A DNA stretch of 64,000 nucleotides, taken from the IMG/VR virus record IMGVR_UViG_3300008954_000038. One strand, 5' to 3'. Origin of the DNA: an uncultured virus (IMG/VR IMGVR_UViG_3300008954_000038) (taxonomy: Duplodnaviria; Heunggongvirae; Uroviricota; Caudoviricetes). The number at the start of each line of letters is the position of its first letter. The stretch's first letter is position 1. The translations under genes were made by a program, and so were the position numbers. Of this stretch, positions 1-8,900 are shown piece after piece. The notes beneath the pieces are model-generated. The model made no database searches. It was not told the origin of the DNA and was given only the letters and a program-made list of their open reading frames with translations.

Positions 1-2925
1 ATCAAAGATGATACTGATGCTGTCTATGTAGGTCTAGATGCTTCTGCTGATATAATGTCACTTGGCTTCAGTAATTCTTTCGCTTCTACAAATTTAAGCA
101 TAGATACAGTAGGTAAGGTTGGTATAGGGACAACTACTCCAACTACTAGGCTTCATATTTCTTATCCAGCGGTAGGGCAAGATGGGTCTGCTGTTACCGC
201 GTTAACTACTACGACCGCAACCAATATAGGTGTTAAGTTATCATTTACCGGAGGAGCTAATTCGAATGGAAACATAATTGGTGGTATTTCTTTAGGTAAT
301 ACAGGGGAAGAATACGCAGGAATTTATGCTATAGACGCAGGCTCTTCTGCAGCTACTGACTTAGGATTATTTGTCGGGACCACAAGTGGAATAACAGAAG
401 CTGTTCATATAAGTTCTAATGGTAATTTTGGAATCGGGGTAGCGCCAAACACAGCTAATAAACTGGAAGTAAATGGCCAAGCAAGAGCTGCGACCGCAAT
501 GTTTGGTAATTCGTCAGTGAGCAATGTTGCTGCTAAACCTGTTCACATCAAATACGGAGGTCCTGCGTCACTTCGCCTTGAAGACTCTGAGGGCAGCAAT
601 TTAGTTTACGATCTAACTTCTGACTATGGCACAGGATTTATAATCAGAGACGAAACAGCAGGCACCAATCGACTAACAATATCCTCAAGCACTGGAGACG
701 CAACTTTCTCTAACGACGTAATAGTCACAGGAGACTTAACTGTAAATGGCACAGCAACTACAATTGATACTACTAATTTATTAATTGAAGACCCCTTAAT
801 GCTTCTGGCTAGAACTCAGTCTGGAACTCCTACTTTAGATAGTGGTTTGATTATAGAGAGAGGGAGTAGCACCAATGTTGGCATGATATGGGATGAGTCA
901 GGCGACGAGTTTGCTTTCATTAACACAACCGACACGGCAACGACCGCAGGCAATGTAACTATAGCAAGTTATGCGCCGTTGCAAATAGGTGCACTGACGG
1001 GTACTAGTGCTACGTTTAGTGGGGGTGTGGATGCACAGAGTCGTTATATTGTACAGCTAACAAGTAATGCTGGTGTATCCGATGTCTCCTACGGATCGTA
1101 TGTCAATGGCGCATGGGTAAACGGCAAGTCTGGGTCTAACAGTTACTTGAGTATAGCTGGTACTGGTGTCTTAAAATGGAACGCCGCAGGCATAGATGTA
1201 ACGGGAACGGGTTCATTCACAGGTGCGCTGACGGGTACTACTGCTGCGTTTAGTGGTAGCGACACAACGCCACAATTAAAAGTCAGCGGCGGCAACGCTA
1301 TGCTTGAGCTGGATGATACGACTAGCGGGAGTGCGTTTAATATATTCAGCAACGGCAACTGCTTGCGAATGGCCCGAACCGGGGCTGGCGGTTATCCAGC
1401 TAGTTATTTTGAGTTAAACACTACAGGTCAAGTTGGCATCGGAGTGGCGAGCGGAACGTATCAATTGAACGTAGGAGGGTCAGGAAACTTCAGCGGTGCG
1501 CTGACGGGTACTAGTGCTACGTTTAGTGGCGCAGTAACACCAACCACTTCCTATGGTAGCTCGTTAGGAAGCGGGTCTAAATACTGGAACACCCTTAACA
1601 CAGGTGTAATCACCGTTAAAGGGCAAAGCGGAGACGGCTTGATAACCCTGACCAATGGTGGCGGGACACAATCCATAAGAATGGATCAAAATTCTATCCG
1701 CACCACCACATCAAACAACATTACAATTTTTACGAGTGGCAACACTAACCAACTGCAACTAATTCAAAGCAATGGCTCGGTGAATATGAGCGGTGCGCTT
1801 ACAGTTGCGAGCGGAAATTCAACAGGGGATTTCACGGTTAGCGGTGCGTTGACGGGTACTAGTGCTACGTTTAGTGGCACGTTGACATCCTCCGCAGGTG
1901 TAGCAAACGGAACAAGTTATGATCGGATAGTAGTAGATGCCCAAACTGGAAATTATGGAGGCTTGTGGATTAAGAGCGATTGGAATTCGGGCAATCAAAG
2001 TCGGATTGGGTTTTATGGCACAAGCGCAAGCGCAAGAGGAATAGGATTCATTACCGATAACGGAACTTCTCCAGATGTATATATAAACGAAAACGGCAAA
2101 GTCGGCATCGGGACTACTGCGCCGGGAGCACTTTTAGATTCAGATACAGATACAGGTTGGTCAAGTGGCTGGGCAAACAATCTCAGATTGACGAGCCTTT
2201 ATTACCCCTGCCTACGGTTCTTTGCGCAGGCTAGCAACAAGACTTCCCTTATTGGAAACAATAATGATGGTGGTCTTTGGTTTGGAGTAAACGGTTCTGG
2301 AGATGCATACAGTGGTTATGGAATGGTTATTAAGCCTGACGGCAATGTCGGCATCGGGACTACTGGGCCGTCGCAAGCTTTAGAGGTGAAAGGAAGCAGT
2401 GCGGATACAAGAATTCTTGTTGATGATGGCGCAACTGGTGCTCCTATCTATATGAGATCTATGGGAAGCGGTGAAGCTGGATTATATTTAGGTGGCGAAA
2501 GCTCTTCAATAAACAGGACGGGCGGCGATTTAAATATTTGGGGCAATAGTGTTGACTTGGAATTAAGCACTAATAACGGTTCAACAGTAGCTTTGCGTAT
2601 AGACACGTCTCATAACGCCACATTCGCAGGAACAATAACAGAAAACTCTAGTATAGCATTAAAAGAAAATGTTTTTGATTTAAATACTACATTAGATAAA
2701 ATTAATAGAGTCCGCCCTGTTAGATACAACAAGAAAGTAAGCAAGGATAAAAAAGAAATAGGTTTAATTGCTGAAGAATTAGCTGAAATATTCCCAGAAT
2801 TAGTGGAAAATGATGAGAATGGTAACCCCACAAGTGTAAATTATACTAGAGCAGTGACTGTTTTATTTGATGGCTTCAAGCAAATGTACAAAGAATTAAA
2901 AGAAATAAAGGAAAAAATTAAATAA
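1..2925 (+). CDS. Tail fibre/spike protein with C-terminal intramolecular chaperone (Peptidase_S74-like); 5'-truncated
   Basis: Frame 1 is open from base 1 (IKDDTDAVYVGLDASADIMS...), so the gene starts before the window. It is G/S/T/N-rich with repeated G[KNQ]VGIGTT.P and GALTGTSATFSG motifs. The C-terminus from 2641 (ENSSIALKENVFDL...KINRVRPVRY...EIGLIAEELAEIFPELV...VNY plus a coiled coil) matches the S74 chaperone pattern. Confidence 0.9.
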   Translation: MKDDTDAVYVGLDASADIMSLGFSNSFASTNLSIDTVGKVGIGTTTPTTRLHISYPAVGQDGSAVTALTTTTATNIGVKLSFTGGANSNGNIIGGISLGNTGEEYAGIYAIDAGSSAATDLGLFVGTTSGITEAVHISSNGNFGIGVAPNTANKLEVNGQARAATAMFGNSSVSNVAAKPVHIKYGGPASLRLEDSEGSNLVYDLTSDYGTGFIIRDETAGTNRLTISSSTGDATFSNDVIVTGDLTVNGTATTIDTTNLLIEDPLMLLARTQSGTPTLDSGLIIERGSSTNVGMIWDESGDEFAFINTTDTATTAGNVTIASYAPLQIGALTGTSATFSGGVDAQSRYIVQLTSNAGVSDVSYGSYVNGAWVNGKSGSNSYLSIAGTGVLKWNAAGIDVTGTGSFTGALTGTTAAFSGSDTTPQLKVSGGNAMLELDDTTSGSAFNIFSNGNCLRMARTGAGGYPASYFELNTTGQVGIGVASGTYQLNVGGSGNFSGALTGTSATFSGAVTPTTSYGSSLGSGSKYWNTLNTGVITVKGQSGDGLITLTNGGGTQSIRMDQNSIRTTTSNNITIFTSGNTNQLQLIQSNGSVNMSGALTVASGNSTGDFTVSGALTGTSATFSGTLTSSAGVANGTSYDRIVVDAQTGNYGGLWIKSDWNSGNQSRIGFYGTSASARGIGFITDNGTSPDVYINENGKVGIGTTAPGALLDSDTDTGWSSGWANNLRLTSLYYPCLRFFAQASNKTSLIGNNNDGGLWFGVNGSGDAYSGYGMVIKPDGNVGIGTTGPSQALEVKGSSADTRILVDDGATGAPIYMRSMGSGEAGLYLGGESSSINRTGGDLNIWGNSVDLELSTNNGSTVALRIDTSHNATFAGTITENSSIALKENVFDLNTTLDKINRVRPVRYNKKVSKDKKEIGLIAEELAEIFPELVENDENGNPTSVNYTRAVTVLFDGFKQMYKELKEIKEKIK
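988..1878 (+). repeat. Four dispersed 36-bp direct repeats encoding GALTGT[ST]A[TA]FSG
   Basis: Copies at 988-1023, 1222-1257, 1495-1530 and 1843-1878; consensus ggtgcgctgacgggtactagtgctacgtttagtggN, conserved at most synonymous positions. Confidence 0.9.
2095..2370 (+). repeat. Two 30-bp direct repeats encoding G[KN]VGIGTT[AG]P
   Basis: ggcaaagtcggcatcgggactactgcgccg (2095-2124) vs ggcaatgtcggcatcgggactactgggccg (2341-2370): 28/30 identical. Confidence 0.85.
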
Positions 2926-5900
2926 ATGGCAAATCTTCTAGCAACTTGCGCGACTAACTACGGTTCTTCAACCATGTGTTGGAGTAGTACTGATATGAAG
3001 GCTGCTAACTTTTGGGTATGTAGTGGCTCTGATTCTTTTAAATTAGATCAAGGCGGTAGTGTTTTTGACATATGGGTTTCGGATAGTTCGATAAGTCATC
3101 AACCAAGAAATATTCTTCGCGCCTACAATCAGGGCAATTGTATAATATTGGGTCAAGGATGTAGTTCTAACACTAATGCTACTATACCAGTTTATGCATG
3201 TCATTGCTTACAATCTCCTACAATTACTGCTACTACTCGTATGTATACTCCTGAAATTCGAAACCCAGCAGCTGATGCTTATTTGGATTTACTTAGTGGT
3301 TGTCATGACTCTGGTTATGGTGGTATACATATTAAGAATTGTAATGGATCAGGTAAAGGTTATCTATATTGGGGTGGAACTAATTCTTTTGGTTTATTGC
3401 ATTGTGCTGGTGGCTGGGCAGTTAAATTAAACGGCGATACCTCTGTTTATCTATTTTACAACAACTCCCTTAAGCTACAAACAACTTCTGGTGGCGTAAC
3501 AGTTACAGGTGGGGCGACAGCCACAACTTTTGTCTGCGGTACTACTTGTCTTAAATCTCCTATAGTTTGTGCTACTAGTTGTATCAGAACAGAAAGTAAA
3601 CTTAAGTTTAATTATCCAAGTAATTGTGGACCATATTTAGAAACAGGTGGTACTTATACTGCTCCCAATTTACATTTAAAACATTTTAACGGAAGTACTG
3701 ATTGTACAGGGTTTTCTGCAGGGAGAGTTTGTGGTACAGTTTGTCTTTGTTCTCCTTATATTTGTGGTACTAGTTGTGTTAAAACTGGTCGTGTTTGTAT
3801 TTGTAATGGTAACAACTATTTAAATATGGTGTCGACGTGTGACGCTAATTATAACTTTAGTATATGCGCGATGTGGAGTTGGGCTTGTCCTCTTAATATT
3901 ACTAGTTATGGTTCTTCTATAATAAAGCAATGCTCTGGTCACGCTGTAACATCATTATGGGCTGCTGGTTCTGAGATTATTTGTCTTTGTAGTGGAGGAG
4001 CTTGTGTCGCTGGAATGGTATGCTCTCCTATAGTTTGTTATACAAATACCTTATGTGGTGGAAGACATGTTGATTCTTGTAATAAATATTACAATACTAG
4101 TAATTCTGTAGGGACTAACGTTACTACAACATTAGACGGCTGGTATCATTTACTTACATTTTCTGAAGGACAATCTCCTTTTTATGTTTCTTTAAAGAGT
4201 AGCGCTCATTCTAGTTCAACTTTTGCCATTACAATGGCATACTACGGATCAGACGTTGTAAACATTAATGTTTTAGGTGCGCAGTATGTTGCTAATAGTT
4301 GTTATCCTAACGCTAGATGTGTGAAAGTAGTAAAAGATGCAACTAACTCTAAATATGTTTTATTAGTTAATTTATATAAGTCAAGTAATACTACTTTTTG
4401 TGGTTTTGGCTTATGTACGTCTGTTTGGTCTCGTACAGGTGCAGCTCCTCCCTCTTTATGTGCTTGTTTATGTACTACTTGTACGGCATGTACTTGCTTG
4501 GGCGGGGTAAATCTTACGCTCACGGGCTTTCAGACAAATTGCTGTGTTACAGCTAGTATAATTTGTGGTACTAGTTGTGTTGACGCAGCAGTTGTAAAAA
4601 TCCCCGGTACTCAAACCATAGAATTAGCGTCTACTACGCATAGCTTAAAAGTCAAAAATTTGGGTTCTGCTGGCTCTAGTGGACTTGTATTACAGGGTAG
4701 CGGTGGAGCTCACCATCTGCAGCTATATGGAACAGGGTCACAGTATGGCTTCCTAGATGGGGCGTGGGCTGGCTGGGATATTAGAAAAACTGTTAATGGT
4801 AATTTAGACGTTTGGGTAGGTAGTAGTGGATTTATATGTGCATGTGAAGGCGGAGTATCGGCTGCTACTTGTGTTAAATCTCCTATAGTTTGTGGTACTA
4901 CTTGTGTTAATACTCCTACGGTTTGTGGTACTAGTTGCGTTCGGGGTAATTTAATTTATGGCAATCAGAACATTTGTTCTGCTGGTGTTTTATACGGTGC
5001 TGGGCTTTGGTGTATGCCTGTTGGCGGCGGTGGAAATCGGTTATTAATTGGTACTAAACGGGCACTTGAGGGTACAACAGATGGTGCGACACTTGGTTTA
5101 GGAGAAGATTATACATGCGTATGGAGTAGAGCTGGTTGTTTTGAGGCTGCTGGTTGTGTTATTTCTCCTATAGTTTGTGGTACTACTTGTCTTAGAGGAG
5201 CTGTAATTTGTGCTACTAGTTGTATACTGCTTTGTACGAAGGGTATTATGGGAGGAGATGCTGGAGGAGGGAATCTTAATTCAGCTGAGAACAAGGCGAG
5301 CGCTATTTATTATTGTCGTTATAATTGCGCGGCGACCAATAAACCAGTTACGGTCAATAATGCTAATGGCATATTGACAATGTTAACCCATTCAGGGCCT
5401 TACGGAAAACAAATTGCTTTTGGTGATAATAATGATCTATATATAAGAAAAATTACCAATAATTCATTCGGGACATGGTATAAAGTAATTACTACATATA
5501 ATTGTGGCTCAGGTGATATTTCGGGCGTTACGGCAGGTGCTGGGTTAGCTGGTGGTGGTAGTAGCGGTACTGTTACCCTTTGTCACTCTGATACGTCATC
5601 GGCTTCTAATATTGACACAAGTGGTGCTGCTGTAGTCAATCAACTAAATGTTGATACATACGGACATGTTACCACACTAAATACGCGTAACCTTACTCTA
5701 GCCAATTTGGGCTATACTGGAGCTACTAACGCTAACTACATCACTAACAATAGCCAGTTATCTAATGGTTGTGGTTATACTACAGTATCTGTTGGTACTG
5801 GTTCAGGTAACGCTCATAGAGGTGATCATGGTGTAACAGCTTATAATCATAGTCAATCGAAACATCTATGCTGTACTACTTATTGGAATATTGATAATTG

Positions 5901-8900
5901 GCTTAGTTACAACGGTGGAGGAGGTTTATATTGGCCAGCTTGCGCGAGTTATCACTGGTATCCGACATCTAATGCATGCATGACATTAAGAAATAATCAA
6001 ACCAGTCTTGCTATTAGATTTTTTACATCACATGGTGCAGATACAACTATGGGTCATTTGTATGGTGATTGTTCTCATAACTTTGGTTTATTAGATTGTG
6101 GTGGTGCTTGGAGAGTACGGGTTCATGGTACAAGTAGTATAAGCTTATGTAATCCTACTTGCGTATATGGTACTCTTACTGGTAATGGTGAAATTCGTTC
6201 TAGTACCAACTGTACTACTGGGTCTGGCTGGGCCACAAGGACAGCAGGATGTATATATGCAGGTGGATATATTCGTGGTCAACAATGGGTTTGTAGTGAT
6301 GGTTATTTACGCGCAGGTACATATGTGAGCGGATACACATGCGTTGTTGCTGGTACTTGTATGTGTGCAGACTCGTCAGTATGCGGAGCTCAATGTGTTA
6401 AATCTCCTATAGTTTGTGCTACTAGTTGTGTTCAATCTGTTTGTTCAAAGATAAATTCAACAGGCTCAGAATACCATGCATTGGCAAATTGCAGCACAAA
6501 TGAATTATACATACAGCCTCACACTTACACTCGTATATTAAAGGGGTATGGTTATACTTCTAGTAATCGAAAGATGTGCGCTTCCGACACGTCTTTGCTA
6601 ATCGCCAGCGGAGGTATTGTATGTGCTTGTACTGCCCTCCACTCTCCTATAGTTTGTGCTACTAGTAGTATTAAGAGCCCTAACATATCTTGCTTCTGGT
6701 CTCCGCTTTCCGGTAATGACGATTGGCAGTCTAGCCCAATAACCATAAGAGAGCGTGGGTTGAATAGCTCTGCTTGTAATCATTGCAAGTATGCACCAAA
6801 CATAAATTTTCATTGGGGTGGCATTTATTCTAATTCGTTATGGATGAGTAATGACGGTTGGCTACATTGGGGTAATTATGATAGTGCTGGTATCCCAGCT
6901 ACGTCTAGTGGTTTTTGTACTGATCGTCTTTGTGCTGTTACTGCCGTTTGTTCTCCTACAGTTTGTGCTACTACTTGCATTCAATCTCCTATAGTTTGTG
7001 GTACTAGTTGTGTTAGAGGGGAGGCTGTTTATGCTAATAATTGCGTATGCGCAAATATAATAAAAAATAAAGCAGGTAACGCTTATCTAAACGTATATAG
7101 TGGCTGTACTAATCCGGGAGGAACTCTGTATCGTGATTGTAGCGGGAACAACAGGGGGTATGTGTATTTTGATAGCACTGCTAATTTTGGTCTATTAAGT
7201 TGCTCTGGTTCTTGGGCTGTGCGGATTATAGGAAATACTAGCATGATGTTATGCAAGCCTACTTGTGTAGCGGGTGCTCTTACTGGTAGTTTGACCATAT
7301 GCGCTACTACTTGTCTTTGTTCTCCCATAATTTGCGGTACTAGTTGTGTCAGAGGAGGTGTTCTTCAGTCTACTGGTATGGTTACGGGTACTTGCACTTG
7401 TGGTACCGTATGTCTTAGAACACCGTATTTAAGAGTTGACGGTAGTTCATTGCATTGCGGACATACTGTTATTAGTTCTACTGCTAATAGTTGTATGCCT
7501 TTGACTCTTCAATCTGCTGAAACTAATACTGCTTGTATAGGTATAGAATTTAAGGATAATTACGGCAGTGGTGCTTATGGTCAAACAGGTTGTCTCTTTT
7601 CCTGTCATGGTGACACAAACTTAGGTCAAACTGTTGGGTTTCATTTTGGTTTTATTACAAGCGAGACTTCGTTAGGAGTTGTTGTTCGAAATACCAATGC
7701 TGCTTCTGGTTTCTATACTGGTTCTGGTAATAGTTACATAAATAATGCTTGTGTTAAATCTCCTACACTTTGCGGTACTACTTGTATTAGGAGTGCTTGT
7801 CTGCATTCAACAGCTACTATAACAGGTGACTCTGGTGTTTATTCCCCCATAATTTGCGGTACTACTTGTGTTAGAGGTGGTGTACTTTGTGCTACTACTT
7901 GCGCAAAAGTCAACAAACTTTGCTTATTGAATGACGTAAGTGGAGACATGGCCAATGGTATAGTCCTCGGTAGTAACGCGGGTATACCTCAAGCTGCTTG
8001 GGGCGAAAGTAGCACCACTACTGGTCGAATCGAGATAGGTTTGCCAACTAAGGATGGGCAAGGTGGATCTGTTCATTACGGAATGGTGCAGGTTCAAGTG
8101 GATGTTTATGAATACAATGGCAACAATACAATGAGCTTTCTTGTAGGTGGCCACAATTGGGGTCGTAACTGGCACAATAAAGGTATTCATATGATAGGCG
8201 GCTGCACCGACAAAACTTTAAAACTTGCGTATCATGAATGCGGTGGAACCTGTAACGGTAGATACGTTATATTAATTGGAGAGCCCGGTAGTAGTTGGAA
8301 CTACGGTTCTGTTCATGTTAGAAGAATAAATAATGGATTATATTATGCTGGTGCGATGGATTTCGGAACACCCATGTATGTGAAACGCGTTACTTGTGCG
8401 GATTCTTATTACATGAACACTACCGGTGATCTGCGACCCAGTTCGAAGAGTATGGCTGGATACCAATGCGCACTTACTTGTTCTTCAACGGCTATAGGGT
8501 GCGCTAGTTCTTGTTTTACGGCTCCACATGTTTGTGGTACTACTTGTATTAGGAGTGCTTGTCTGCATTCAACAGCTACTATAACAGGCGACTCTGGTGT
8601 TTATTCTCCTATAGTTTGTGGTACTACTTGTGTTAGAGGAGCTTGTGTGCATGCAACAGGTAATATACGTGGTGAAGAGATTTGTTCTGGTTCTTGGTTT
8701 AGAAATGAAAGCAGTGGTGAAGGTTTATATAATTCTGCTACAGGTCAACATTTTTATTCTGATGGAGATGATTATTGGAACGTTGCAGGAGGAACCTCGG
8801 CAAATGCTATTAGATTCAGAGACGAGAACGCCGGTACTGTGCGTGGAGTTATATACGCTAATAGTAGTAACGAGATAGGCTTTTTAGATCAAGGTCAAGA

